Part shown: positions 1 through 12,545 of the stretch, one piece after another | Numbering within the stretch: position 1 is the first letter of the stretch | Layout of the letters: each line of letters opens with the position of its first letter | Source of the DNA: Pseudogymnoascus verrucosus | Taxonomy: Eukaryota | Length of the DNA stretch: 64,000 nt | Assembly (NCBI GenBank): GCA_001662655.1 | Contig: KV460283.1 | Reading direction: 5' to 3' (one strand) | Position numbers and translations under genes: made by a program | Notes under the pieces: generated by a model | Told to the model about the DNA's origin: nothing | The model's database searches: none | The model's input: only the letters and a program-made list of their open reading frames with translations

Positions 1-1244
1 TTTAAGTAAGAGAGAACATTCTGTGGTTCGTACGGAACTAGCCCTATAGCTCGGAATCCGCTCTTAATGTTCTGCTCTGTAAATGTAGCTTTAAATGCTT
101 CTTTGAATGCAGAGAGGAACTCAAGCTTTGTGATGTGGTTTAGCTAGTTTCGTACGAAGGTTTCAATCTGCTTTCCGTATGAGAGCTTTAGTGGTGCAAA
201 GCAGCTCACATCAAGAGGCTAAAGAATATGCGACGAGTGTAGTGGCATACAGAGGGTAATTATCTTCCGTTCTGTGCAGTAGTGTTGAAATTAAGCAGAG
301 AGGTGGCTCTCATGCCCATCAAGAATAAGAAGGCGATAGGTTCCAACCGTACGAGCATTTGTATGTCGATCGAAGTGTTGAATCCACTCGTACCCAATTG
401 AATTTAAAGTCCACCCATTCTCACTTAGCGTAATCACCTAGTCTTCTAGTAATCCTAAGTCCTCGTACTAAGCAGAGAGGTGATTCTGTGCTTTGAAAAT
501 GATAAATGGCGGAAGGGCCCATCCGTACGAATTAACACCTTAGATAATTGACACCCACTCTCTATTCCCTAGCTGTATAGTCTTTAGACGACTCTTTGCT
601 TCCGAGCTTGTGACTACCTTTACAGTAGCAATAACTCCCATTACAAAACCTACTTCATCAAAGTTGTAGATATCTTGCTCTAAGATTCCGTATTTTACAA
701 CTGTGTTTCGTACGAGGGAGAACCACCCTTTAATTATCTTAGGATCTTCGCATTTTGCTCGTTTATAGTCGTACTTCCAACTAAACTTCGATTTGATTTC
801 TATACGACGCTTTATAAAGCTAGTAGCCCAGTTTATCCCAACAGGGCTCTTGCCTCGTTTAGAGAGTAGAAGGTCTGCCATTTCTTACACAGCTTGTAGC
901 TGGGGTAGAAACCCACGTGAATCTAGGTCAAGGATATATTAAACAAGAGCTAACTCTTCGTACGAAGTTAATTTTCGTAAGTTAGGAGTAGAGTCGCGTC
1001 GAGAAGTAACACCGTTAAGTCGTGCACAGAGCGACTTAAATGGGACGTCGTACGACATTACAGCAGCTCGAATACTCTTAATATTGCCTTCTTTAAGTGC
1101 TGTAATAGCCAATAGTATTCTACCCTCTTAATTAGAGGATTGGTCTTGTGTTGGTTGTGGCATTGTTAACTACAGATAGGTTGACGCGTTTTGGTGTTTT
1201 AGTGACCCGCTCGCTCGTGTGACCCGCTCGCCCGTGAAATACGT
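1..1244 (-). mobile_element. Fot1/pogo-like DNA transposon (Tc1/mariner superfamily), RIP-degraded, truncated by the window start
   Basis: Minus-strand transposase from ATG ~1163 (HTH, then ...EMADLLLSKRGKSPVGINWATSFIKR...IYNFDEVGF...) with premature stops. The TIR ends ...GTGAAATACGT at 1244, followed by TA, and contains an internal 17-bp direct repeat. Confidence 0.92.
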
Positions 1245-1261
1245 TAATATATCTAATTACG

Positions 1262-1390
1262 TGAATTCTCTTCTAGGAGAGTTCCTCTCCTAGGAGAGTT
1301 CTTCTAGTAGACTAACTCTTCTAGGAGAACTCTTCTAGGAGCCTATTGCTTCTAGGAGAATTCTTCTAGGAGACTTCTCCTAGGAGCGTT
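1262..1390. repeat. Degenerate tandem array of TCTTCTAGGAGA / CTCCTAGGAG-type units
   Basis: About 8 imperfect CTAGGAG-centred units read directly in the sequence. Confidence 0.7.
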
Positions 1391-1947
1391 TCCCTAAGCG
1401 AACCTATAACCCTATAATCTACATCTAAAACACTACAACCTAGATTACTCTATTTAACAATGTATTAGTATAGGGGTTGTAGAAACCTACTATAACACTA
1501 TGCCTTATAACTAGTAGGAGGTTAGTACATAGCCCTAACTTATAGCTAAGTTAGTAGGGGCCTAACTCTAAAGTAGTAGATAAGAATAGCTAAACCCCTT
1601 ATAGAGAGGGCTTAGAGATTAGTCTATTAAATGCTATTTTAGTTACCTAGGCCTATAGCTATAGCATGCTTCTACTAAACCCTTACACTATTAGAGGGAC
1701 ATTCTTTATATATAGAATTTACGTTATATATTATATCTATAACTATACTATATATCTTATATATTAAGAGAGTACTTTATCTATAGAGGTAGTAATTTTA
1801 ATTTAGTACTATATTACCTCTATTTAATATATAAGACTATAATTCCTTTATTTAATTTTCTAATTATATAGTAGGGTCTAGAATTAGTAGTAAAAGGGGT
1901 CTAATCTAGGTAAGTTACTAGAGAGTATTATTATAAAAGGGTAGTAG

Positions 1948-2478
1948 TGTTATAGCTAGAACATACAACCTATATACTATAAGATATAGTAATAAGGTAA
2001 AATAGCTTGTAGCTAATTAGCAGCAGGAAACAGATGTAGAGACTATAGGTAGCTTAGTTAATAAGGGCACCTTTAGGAAAAGGTACCTTTCTAGAAACGT
2101 ACCTAGTAAAAGGAAGGTGCCTACTAGGAAAGGCACCTATATAGAATAAGGTGCCTCCTTAGGAAGGCACCTATGGGAATCGGTACCTATAATAAGTGTA
2201 GCACCTCTTATAGGACACACATGTAATTTAGATTAGTAGGAATAGTAAGAATAGTTAGAGAGTCTACTATTCTAACTATTCCCCTTAGTATAATGCTACT
2301 ATATAAGTAGATAGATAGTTCTTAGATAGGAGCTTTATGCTTAACTTAATATAGTATTTGTTATATACTAGTAACGTGTTTTATAAAAGCCTTTATGTCT
2401 AATCCCCTACCTCCTCTATTAAGTAAACTAATGTAATAAAACCTCTATAAGTCTTATAAGTTAAGACCTAGCGTTATA
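1948..2478 (+). mobile_element. Solo LTR of the Gypsy family at 49837-56901
   Basis: TGTTATAGC...CCTAGCGTTATA (terminal CA mutated to TA), 531 bp, 5-bp TSD AGTAG on both sides, collinear with the other LTR copies. Confidence 0.9.
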
Positions 2479-2860
2479 AGTAGCTATACCTACCTAATTT
2501 AGGCAGCTTTATTATAAGCTAGAATATAAGGCTTTATCTACTTCTTATTGTTTGTCTCTATAAATAACGCTAATAACCCCTTCTCTAAGACTAGTAAGTA
2601 GCTCCTCTAGATATATAGTAAGATGCTAATTAATTAATTAGATATAAAAACAATTCTAATAAACTAGTAGATAATAAGGATACGTTAGTATAGAGGTAAT
2701 AACTTAAGCTAGGCTAATAGGAATTATAGATCCCTAATTTTAAAGATGCTAGTGCCTATGCCCTCTAGGGCCTTTATAGCTACCTTCTATATACTCTATC
2801 TATACTACCTTTAGGCTAAAGCCTATAGGATCTAGTTTTATAACTATATCTAGTCCTTAG

Positions 2861-4955
2861 TATAATGCTAGGTCTTAAACTTATAAGACTTATAGAGGTT
2901 TTATTACATTAGTTTACTTATTAAAGGAGATAGGAGATTAGATATAAAGGCATTATAAAACATGTTATAACGTATTTTATAGGCGAGTTGCCTATATAGG
3001 TGAGTCGCCTACTAGAACACTAAAACACGTCTATTACTACTACTACTACACTACCACCCTACATAATGACCCTTATTTAATTGAAATTGATTCCTAGCGC
3101 CTCTTATACGTATAGGAATTATGTCTAATCTTCTTACATCAGCTATAGCGCTTCTATTAGCCCTTAGAACCTACCTGCCAACTACTCTTACTTACTACCT
3201 CTATATGGATTTAAGCATTAACCTTAGTAGTATGAAGGATATCCTCTCCCTCCTATATAGAGAGGCTTCCCCCTTACATTATATGTCTCTTACGCTTCCT
3301 TTCCCTCCTCTTTTTCTGTTCATTTGCTGCTTATAGAGCCTTAACTTCTACCTTAAGCAGAGTAGCAGAATGCATTATAACCTAAGCTCCTTTAGCAAGC
3401 TAGCTTAGTACGTTAGTAATTAAGCTAGGAGAGCTATTCTAATGCTGTATAATGCAGTTCCTAACGTGCTCTGTTTAAAAGTCAAGCTCCCTTATAGTTT
3501 AAGGAGTCTTTAAAGTCTAATTATTACTCTTAACTATAGGAGGAGTTAGAGTTCTTAAGTGTAGATTTAAGTAAGAGAGAACATTCTACAGCTTGTATAG
3601 AACTAGTCCTATAGCTTAGAACCTACTCTTAATATTCTGCTCTATAAATGCAGCTTTAAATGCTTCTTTAAATGTAGAGAGAAACTCAAGCTTTATAATA
3701 TAATTTAGGCTGTTCTATATAAAGCTTTTAATCTAACGTCTATACAAAAGCTTTAGTAGAGCAAAGCAGCTAACATTAAGTAGCTAAAGAATGTACGAGG
3801 AGTGTAGTAGTATATAGAGGGTGATTATCTTCCGTTCTATATAGTAGTGTTGGAATTAAGCTAAGAGGTGGCTCTTATGCCTATTAAGAATAAGAAGGCG
3901 ATAGGTTCTAACTATATAAGCATTTATATGCTAATTGAAGTGTTGAATCTACTTATACCTAATTGAATTTAAAGTCTACCTATTCTCACTTAGCGTAATC
4001 ACCTAATCGTCTAACAATCCTAAGTCCTTATACTAAGTAGAGAGGTGATTCTATGCCTTAAAAATAATAAACGGTAGGAGTGCCTATCTATACAAATTAA
4101 CACCTTAGATAATTAACACCTACTCTCTATTCCCTAGCTATATAGTCTTTAGACAGCTCTTTACTTCTAAGCTTATAACTACCTTTATAGTACTAATAAC
4201 TCCTATTGCAAAACCTACTTCATTAACGTTGTAGATGTCCTGCTCTAAGATGCTATATTTTGCAACTATATTTTGTACAAGAGAGAACTACTCTTAAATT
4301 ATCTTAGGATCTTTACATTTTGCTCGTTTATAATCGTACCTCCAACTAAACTTTAATTTAATTTCTATACAACGCTTTATAAAGCTAGTAGCCTAGTTTA
4401 TCCTAATAGGGCTCTTGCCTCGTTTAGAGAGTAGAAGGTCTGCCATTTCTTGCACAGCTTGTAGCTAGGGTAGAAACCTATGTAAATCTAGGTTGAGGAT
4501 GTATTAAACAAGAGCTAACTCTTCGTATAGAGTTAATTTTCGTAAGTTAGGGGTAGAATCGCGTTGAGAAGTCATGCTGTAAATCCAATTACATAAGGTT
4601 GTTTAGGGGATATTGTACAATGCTGCAGCTGCTTAAACGCTTTAAAATTAGCCTTGCTTAATTACATAGATAGCTAATAGTATTCTACCCTCTTAATTAG
4701 AGGATTAGGCTTGTGTTAGTTGTAGCATTGTTAACTATAGATGGGTTGACACGTTTTGGTGTTCTAGTAGGCGACTCGCCTATGTAGGCAACTTGCCTAT
4801 GAAATACGTTAATATATAATAAAATACTATATTAAGTTAAGTATAAAGCTCCTATCTAAGAACTAACTATCTACTTATATAGTAGTAATATACTAAAGGG
4901 AATAGTTAGAATAGTAAACTCTATTACTATTCTTACTATTTCTACTATTCTATTA
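2861..4955 (-). mobile_element. Partial LTR (same family) interrupted by a Fot1-like element
   Basis: LTR sequence runs 2861-2969 and resumes at 4812 to ~4955, after the inserted transposon. Confidence 0.8.
2970..4809 (-). mobile_element. Full-length Fot1/pogo-like DNA transposon, RIP-inactivated
   Basis: Matching TIRs (ACGTATTT..ATAGGC..GTTGCCTA..TAGG..GAGTCGCCTACTAGAACAC), TA on both sides, 1840 bp. The transposase remnant is collinear with 1-1244 and 13635-15458. Confidence 0.93.
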
Positions 4956-5060
4956 ATAAGGCTTTCTATTCTCTAGTATCTATAACCCTTCTAGTGCCTA
5001 CTCTATCTAGTGCCTAATACTTATTAGGTACTTATTTAGATTCTAGTGCCTACTTATTAG

Positions 5061-5252
5061 TGTAACGCTAAGGTCCTAAGGCTAGGATATTATAAAGGTT
5101 TTGTTATGTTAGTTTACTTAATAGAGGAGGTAGGGGATTAGATATAAGGGCTTTTGTAAAACATGCTACTAGTATATAACAAATACTATATTAAGTTAAG
5201 CACGAAGCTCCTATCTAAGAACTAACTATCTACTTATATAGTAGTGTCGTGC
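5061..5252 (-). mobile_element. Truncated LTR fragment (same Gypsy family) at the island boundary
   Basis: Starts TGTAACGCTA and matches the first ~190 bp of the LTR at 48913. Confidence 0.8.
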
Positions 5253-5870
5253 CTATTGCTATAAAGGACTATTATAGTCCATTATAGTCCTAACCTACAT
5301 AGGACCATTGTGGTCCTGCGTAGTCTATCACGTGATACTAGAATCCCCCTAGCCTCTTTTTAACTAATGGTTGCCTGTTCTCGTATGCAGTTCCACATCC
5401 AATCCCCTTGTTGACACTAATGGTGGGGCTAGCCGTAACATTAAGGTGGGCAGATACTTTATGGCTTCCATTGTGCTTTGGTCTGGTGGGATTTTTATGG
5501 GCCCTTTTTTATAGCATGCCAAGAGACCCGCAGTTGCCGCCCCACACATACTACAGTATCTTGTAACCCATATAGCCGCATCTGTCTCTCGGGTACGGTA
5601 GAATCAGCTTTCCGCCGCCGGTAATGTCTAGACTTATCTTCGGTTATTGCGAGGTGGAATATTGGAAAGGCAACAAAGTCTTTACGGGTCAGGATTATGC
5701 TGGTAACTATGGCCCGAGGCCTGGAACCCCGAACTCTACGACTTGCGTCGTTGTTGATGCCATAAATGATGCCTTTCTACCTTGTTTCGTGAGCAATTGA
5801 TTATGATTCTTATCGTTAAGCATCATCTCTGGTTTGCCAAGTTGGTTGGTCACCGTCTAGCCTATTTCTC

Positions 5871-7037
5871 ATGGGTTCTTTTATACCAGGTAGTATGAGG
5901 GCAGTGGTCTTCAAAGGCCCCTTTGAAGTCGAAGTTGTGACCAGAGCAACTCCTCATATTCGCGAGCCCACCGACGCGATTCTCAGGGTCTCCTCCACGG
6001 CTTTGTGCGGCAGCGACTTGGTACGTGATTCTAAAGTGACTCTTACACTGTAGAGACTGGCTTTACTGCCCTCCAAACTTCTCGGCATCTCACTTACTCG
6101 TGCGTAGCACTACTACCGAGGCCATCAGAAGTCAACGCCAGGGTTTGTCTGCGGGCATGAGACCGTCGGATACGTAGTGGCACTAGGCGATTCAGTTCGG
6201 AATTTTCAGATCGGTGACCATGTCGTCGTTCCATTCTCTACTGCCTGCGGCGACTGCTTTTATTGCAAGCAAGGCGAATCTAGTCGATGCTCAAAGGGCG
6301 TACTCTTCGGTTGCATCACACCCGCATTCACCGTCGATGGAGGACAAGCGGAATACGTCCGCGTGCCGCATGCCGCATCGTCGTTGGTAAAAGCCCCGCC
6401 CGGGATTCCAGAAGACATGCTCGTCCTGATGGCAGATGTCTTCCCGACAGGCTATTTCGCTGCTAGTCGCTTCCTCAAAGACCTACCTAAGACACAACAA
6501 GAAGATACTATAGCCGTAGTACTCGGCTGTGGGCCTGTAGGTATCTGCGCCATCGCATCAGCTATCTATCTCACAGGCGGCCAAGCCAAGGTCTTTGCTG
6601 TTGACTCTATCCCAGAACGGCTGGAGGCGGCTAAGAAACTAGGTGCAATCCCCGTCAACCTCTCCGACAATCCAGTCGAGAAGATCAAGGAAGCCTCGTC
6701 CGGTCGCGGTGCAGACGTCGTGATGGAAATTGTTGGCCATGCTGATGCCCTCGAACTCGCCTTTGATCTGGTCCGTCCTTTTGGCAAAATTTCGAGTGTG
6801 GGAGTGCACAATGAACAGATCAGTTTCCCGGGGTTTGCTTTATACTCGAGAAATGTAACGATGGTCTTCGGGCGGTGTCCTGTACGGAGTATATTTGACG
6901 AGACTGCTGCTGTGCTAGAGAAGTTGAAGGTCAAGCTTGGTTTTTTGTGCCAGAAGAAAATGTCTCTTGAAGAGGCGCCGGAGGCTTTCAAGTTGTTCGA
7001 GAAGCAGAAAGTACATAAGATTTTATTTAGCATATAG
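5871..7037 (+). CDS. Zn-dependent alcohol dehydrogenase (MDR, formaldehyde-dehydrogenase-like subgroup); exons 5871-6020, 6108-7037; 359 aa
   Basis: A GTACGT...TAG intron joins ALCGSDL to HYYRGH...GHE. Structural Zn motif CGDCFYC...C and Rossmann motif GCGPVG are present. Confidence 0.93.
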
Positions 7038-7338
7038 GGAATGCAGGCTCTTGGTTCAGAAATAGAAATCATGTAGTTAAGATCCATTACCTATGGCAGT
7101 TCTATGATAAGTTCATATGATGAGGGTCGACGATCAAGGAATAATTAAGCACCGTGCTTTCAGTCGAAGCAGTTGAGATTCAAGGCTAAGGATTGATCGA
7201 TAGTGTAATAGGTGGTTATCACTGTAAAGTTTGTCGGACTTGGTTCTACGACACATGATTAAACAGAAAAGAATAGGATTCTTTGTATTTACTTTCAGCA
7301 GTGCCATTCTAAACGCAATTAAGCGGGATACAGAACAA

Positions 7339-8367
7339 TTAAGAAGCAACTGCTGCTCCGTAGCCTTTGAAATCGCCCTTTTCAGCTAGTATAATGGGTA
7401 ACTCTTCCGATAACAAAGATTCGAAAGTCGACTTCTCTTGGGGCTTCCACCCAAGAGCGCGCAATCTGTTGGCGCGATTCCTTGCATTTTGCCCAATGAC
7501 TGCAACGGACCACTCTTGAAAAAGATCACTATAGAGATCACTTGAAATCTCCCTCGGTGTTGGATCTTGGATTTTGCCTCCCTGCTGAAGCGCCTTCCCA
7601 ATCTCCTCGGCACATCTCTTCCATGAATATTCATCTCCGTTCTCGATGAAGAAATATGGGTTCTCGAGGACCTTCTCCCCAGACGTGGATTCCATATAAT
7701 GCAGGATGGTCATGTAACCCCTTGCCAGATCAGAGACGTGAATTTGACCCCAGACTGATTTGCCTTTTCCAGCAAAACCGGCGTAGCCGTGCTTGAGCGC
7801 GAATCGAACCATTGTTGGGATCTGGATCGATAGGCGGTGTTCCTTACCAACCCCATAGATTACGGGCGGAAGCACAATCGAGATCTTAGCTTTGGCTCCA
7901 AGGGCGTCGCGACGCTTGAGGATGGCTAGGTCAATGGACCGATGTGGTGCGTCGTCAGCTACGCTATCAACCGTTTCTGGCTTGTCGTCCTCATATATCT
8001 TCTCACTGACATATTCACCGTTGGAATCGTCAGTGATGAGACTACAGCCGCTAGTATGGATGTAGATAGAGCTTTTTCCAGTCTTGGCACGCGCTCCGAT
8101 ACCGTCGAGGATAGAAACAGCTGATGGTTTATGGTCAGCTGTTGCAGTGTGTATAACGATATCGGCAGCGGCAGCTGCTTCGCGGATAGTGTCGCCATCG
8201 TCTAGCGATCCAAGTATAGTTTTGGATCCGAGCTTTTCAAGATCTGCCCTTGCTTCCTCTCTTCGAACCAGTATTGTTACCTGGTACCCTTCACGAAGGA
8301 GCTCTCCTAGGATTTCGAGCCCAATGAAACCTGGGCCAAGGAGGAAAACGGAGCCCTTGTCCGCCAT
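7339..8367 (-). CDS. NAD(P)-binding epimerase/dehydratase-family (atypical SDR) oxidoreductase, 342 aa
   Basis: Uninterrupted ORF with N-terminal LLGPGFIG and IHTSG / PPVIYG / IHVSDLARGY segments typical of the fungal extended-SDR family. Confidence 0.88.
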   Translation of the reverse strand: MADKGSVFLLGPGFIGLEILGELLREGYQVTILVRREEARADLEKLGSKTILGSLDDGDTIREAAAAADIVIHTATADHKPSAVSILDGIGARAKTGKSSIYIHTSGCSLITDDSNGEYVSEKIYEDDKPETVDSVADDAPHRSIDLAILKRRDALGAKAKISIVLPPVIYGVGKEHRLSIQIPTMVRFALKHGYAGFAGKGKSVWGQIHVSDLARGYMTILHYMESTSGEKVLENPYFFIENGDEYSWKRCAEEIGKALQQGGKIQDPTPREISSDLYSDLFQEWSVAVIGQNARNRANRLRALGWKPQEKSTFESLLSEELPIILAEKGDFKGYGAAVAS

Positions 8368-9028
8368 AGTGAGTAGAATGAGGGGTTGATGGGGAGTGGA
8401 TGAGTTGATGAGAATTCGCTATGAACTTTTGGCTGTGATTGCAATACACCAAGACTGTTATATCGACTGAATTTCAAAAAAGTTCACCCAGCATACAGCT
8501 ATATAGTTTTGGTAGGCTACGTCACGGACGATTATACGCTAATAAATCCCACATATCTCTCTCATCCGATTTGATGGGTCTTAGAAGGAGAATATGATTA
8601 ACAAGCACAGGTGGATATATATGGAGCAACACCGAATGATTTACAAGCGCTGCCTAAGACACTGTGGTCAGGTCAGACTTCAATGCGCATACCCGTAACC
8701 ATCTGCCGCCCAACCGGCCCGAAAAATTCGGGGCTAGAGCAGGTAGGTAAATTCGGCAATTATGTAAGCTCGTAAAACAGAACGGAAGAAGCGGAGTGAA
8801 GTACAGGAATAAGCTCAAATAGCTCCGAAAGAATACCACTGCCACGTTAGCTTAGCAATCAAGTGTGGAGACAACTGACTACCCATGAAGTAGAAATAAG
8901 TATAATCGTCATGGTTCCGGCATGATTTCTTACACAAATTATCTACTGCATAGCCATACGTCCGAAATTTCTACTACTTATTATATTAGCCAATTCTTTG
9001 CTTTGGAAAGAGCTTCGCTATCGCTACA

Positions 9029-9497
9029 ATGGGAGGAATTATTCATGTCGTCCAGCTTCAGTTCAAATCAGATGTTGGCAGTGAGAAAATTGATGATGTG
9101 CGTCCTTCTTTCCTCGTCGTGATGATACACGTATACGATCACTAAATCCCAATAGGTACTTGCGCAGCTAATAGCGCTGAAGGACAAGTGTGTTCTCCTA
9201 GACACCCAAAAGCCATACATCAAGTCAATCAGGGCCGGACCGGACAACTCAATTGAAGGAATGCAGGTATGTAGCCCGATAGCACAGCCTACCTTCAATT
9301 CTCGAGACCATTGGTTGGCGTTCGGTGAGCTGACTATGAAATCTTAAAAGAACGACTACACTCATATGATCATCACCGAATTCGAAAGTGTTGCGCACCG
9401 AGATTATTATGCGAAGAAAGACCCTGCCCATATGCTTTTGGCTACATCCCTGCCTCCATTCGTGAAGGGGTTGCAGGTACTCGACATCGCTGCATGA
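9029..9497 (+). CDS. Stress-responsive A/B barrel (Dabb) domain protein; exons 9029-9097, 9156-9266, 9351-9497; 108 aa
   Basis: Manual splice gives MGGIIHVVQLQFKSDVGSEKIDD|VLAQLIALKDKCVLLDTQKPYIKSIRAGPDNSIEGMQ|NDYTHMIITEFESVAHRDYYAKKDPAHMLLATSLPPFVKGLQVLDIAA*. Both introns are phase-0 GT-AG. The IxHxV..F and THxxxxEFES..RDYY..DPAH pattern is Dabb-like. Confidence 0.88.
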
Positions 9498-10045
9498 TCA
9501 TTTGAGTGGGTATTTTCTCTTTTTGGGGCGGGGGGGAAGGCGAGAATAAAATTAAGCTGCACTATCTCTATGGCTCTCAGTATATTGTGCAATAGTTCTA
9601 ACAACACTAGAGCTATACTGGCAGGCTTGGCTTAAGTCGCTTGTAATGTAGCTTCGAGCTATATGTTGGCTCCTAATGCGGATCATCATATTCTAGTTCT
9701 TCAATATGAAATCATCGTTCTGTCTATGATTGACTTAAACAACCGAACATTATGAACCACATGAGGAGATAATTGCGTTATGATCCTGCTACGAAAGTAC
9801 AACTCAAATCCTTTTTAATAACTCGATTGGCGAGGGTGATAATAGAACGTAACGACCTTCAATAATTGGTCTCAAAATGGCCCTGGGTATGCAGAAATGC
9901 GTTCTCATGCTATGAATCTATCTCTAAAGCCTTAGCTAGACAGTCTAGGCCACAATATATACATCGAGGAATTGATAACTTTGCACAAACTCGTAGAGGC
10001 CTTCACATCAATAAACACCGTTAATCTCTCAACAGAATCGTAACC

Positions 10046-11841
10046 TCAAAACCGCTTGAAGCCCTTCATGTCATCCTCTAGAATCTTCTGCACTGTCTTT
10101 CTGTACGGACCCAACCCACCAAACCAAAACATAGAAGTAGTCTTCTTACCCTGAATGTTGGCGCCAAATATCCAGGAATCGACTCTGCGGAACAGACTCT
10201 TCGAGCTCATCTCGTCACATAACTCTGTCCACTGCTTTTCTGCGTGAGGTTCGGCCTCTATAATGCCATTCTCGCAGGTGATACTGTTTGTGAGTCCGTT
10301 CGCGTGTCTGTTAACACCATTGAAGCTATTGTTGCCATCAGTGACTTTAGTATCATTTACTCCGTTGGCAACATTAGGAGCCCTGATCAGGGTTGAGGAA
10401 CTCTTCTCTGCAGTGGCAATCAGGTCGGAGATGATCTCGACGTGACATTCGATCGCAGGAGGAAGGTTTGAGAATGGTCCATTTGGGCCGGTGATCATGA
10501 AGAGGTTGGGAAACTGGGGTACAGAGATTCCCAGATATGATGTCGGTCCGGTTTGAGCCCAATGGTCTTTCAAAGTGTGGCCGTTTCGCCCCTGAATCGC
10601 GATACGTGTGTAGTTACCATCAACGGCATCGAAGCCCGTTGCACAGATGATGACATCAAGTTCGTAAAGCGTGCCGTCCGCGGTCTTGATACCGGTTGGT
10701 GTTAGCTCGGTGATTGGGTTCGTCTTGATATCGACGACGTCAACATTATCACGGTTAAACTGCTCGTAATAACCAGTGTCACATAGAGGTCTCCTGGCAT
10801 ACCAGTCCGTGGGACAAAGCTTCCGAGCCTTCTCTGGATCCTTGACCGTCTGGCGAATCTTGTTCCTAATAAACTCACAGGCCACCTTGTTCGCTTCCTC
10901 ATTTACAGTGATATCGCTGAAAGTCCAGAACATAAAGCGGAAACCATTCCCTTTCTGCCAAGCATCTTCGAAGATTTGCTCGCGCTCTTCGGGAGTGACG
11001 CTAAAGGTCGGGCGTTTGGTCTCCTCGAAACCATACGCAAACAAGCTGTTCTTAGCTTGGTCCCAAATTTCCCTATATGTCTTGTTGACGTGATTGCGGT
11101 GCTCGGCGGAGACTGGTCCATTTCCAGCGGGGACGCTGTATTGGGGGTTGCGTTGGAAGGAAATCAGTTGCTTGACCTCCTCAGCTTTTCCAAGTGCGGT
11201 TATGACCTGGATACCCGTGGAGCCGTTGCCAATGATTCCTACACGCTTCCCTTTGAGGTTCGCGTTCTCGGGCCATCTAGCTGTGTGGTAGAGTTCTCCT
11301 TCATATTTGTCGAGGTTGTGGATGTTTGGGAAATTGGTTTTTGATAGGAGGCCGAGCCCTGTCACAAGGTATTTGACTTTGAGGACTTCGTTCGTTGACA
11401 GCGTAACGAACCATTTGCGCTCCTCATCGCTCCATTGTGCAGCTAGTAACTCTGTTTTGAGTTGAAAGTGCTTCCGCAGGTTGTATTTCTTAACAACGTG
11501 CTTGAGATATCCTAAGATCTCATCGGCTTGGAGATAGTGGCTATCCCACGGGTACGTCTCAAGATCTTCCTCGTCCCAGGAATATCTGTAGAGGAATGAT
11601 TGGGTACTACTTATATTAGCTGAATACTTTGTCGTGGAGACAGCAGCACAATGCAGTGCCCCTAGAAGTGCGCTTACTCGGACATGGCTCCTGGATATCG
11701 GTTCCAGTACCAAGTGCCTCCGACATCATCTGCTATATCAATAGCCCTAACATTTAAACCCTGATCAAGAAGTTTTTTAAGTTGGTAGATGCCGCCAAAG
11801 CCGGCACCAACAACTAAAGCATCAAGATACTGTGGCTCCAT
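10046..11841 (-). CDS. Type I Baeyer-Villiger monooxygenase, cyclohexanone-monooxygenase-like; exons 11841-11678, 11606-10046; 574 aa
   Basis: GAGFGG FAD motif, GGTWYWNRYPGA, BVMO fingerprint YEGELYHTARWP, NADPH motif GNGSTG, RPLCD, ATGFDAVDGNY, GPNGPFSNLPP and SWIFGANI. The 71-nt intron has a GCTAAT branch site. Confidence 0.95.
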
Positions 11842-12545
11842 TGTGATCGCTGTCTCAATGGTCGATTAATGAATTTGACTATTAAATGACGAGAGAGTGT
11901 GAGAGGAGATGGAGAAAGGAAGACGAGAGAAACGGGATGGACCACCGTGCGAGTCATACCATAATATATCCTAATACATAAAGTGATATCGCCCTACACT
12001 CGGGGCCGCGCGCGGGGAAGTCCCTGTTTGATGGGGTAGATATCTGCTAATCGCTTTTTGTCCGTCTGTCTCGAGCATGGGAAACTAAATGCAACCCCCG
12101 CTTTCGAGAACGCTGGTGCGGCGTTCTCCAAAGCGGGGGTTCTCCAAGGCTGGGGTAACGCTTAAGCAATAGTGCCAGCGCACGCGGGACAGCCAAGATT
12201 CTACTTCCGACTCCACTTAACCCGAACTGCTTCGGCTGTGTCATTTAGCCGACGCTTAACTGTTTGCTGAGAGCATATAGCCGTTGCTTCATTCTTCACC
12301 CGTGACGCTGCGAAGGCCGCGACGGTGACAGTTGCATGCGTGAGAATCCGGCGCTAGGGTACGACAAAGTTGCGAATAAAGAGGTTACGTCGTTGTTAGC
12401 GCATTATCAGAATGGTAGAAGGTATCTAAGACTCCACGTTGGCCTGTGCAGATTATATATGAGTACACCATTCGACACGAAGCTAGCCATAGAATAATGT
12501 CAGTGCCATCGTTGCCCTTTCACGCCGGAGAACGGCCGGCTTAAG

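Noticed and set aside
3121..3336. Similar 71-aa ORFs at 3121-3336 and 13769-13984 suggesting a small gene family
   Set aside because: Both are antisense frames of the same region of two Fot1-like transposase copies.
6566..7087. Long antisense ORFs over real genes (e.g. 6566-7087, 30986-31468, 38284-38766)
   Set aside because: They are shadow frames of well-supported coding sequences on the opposite strand.
10046..11713. ORF-track N-terminus MVLEPISRSH... for the BVMO
   Set aside because: It reads through an intron. The real first exon (11841-11678) supplies the FAD-binding GAGFGG motif.
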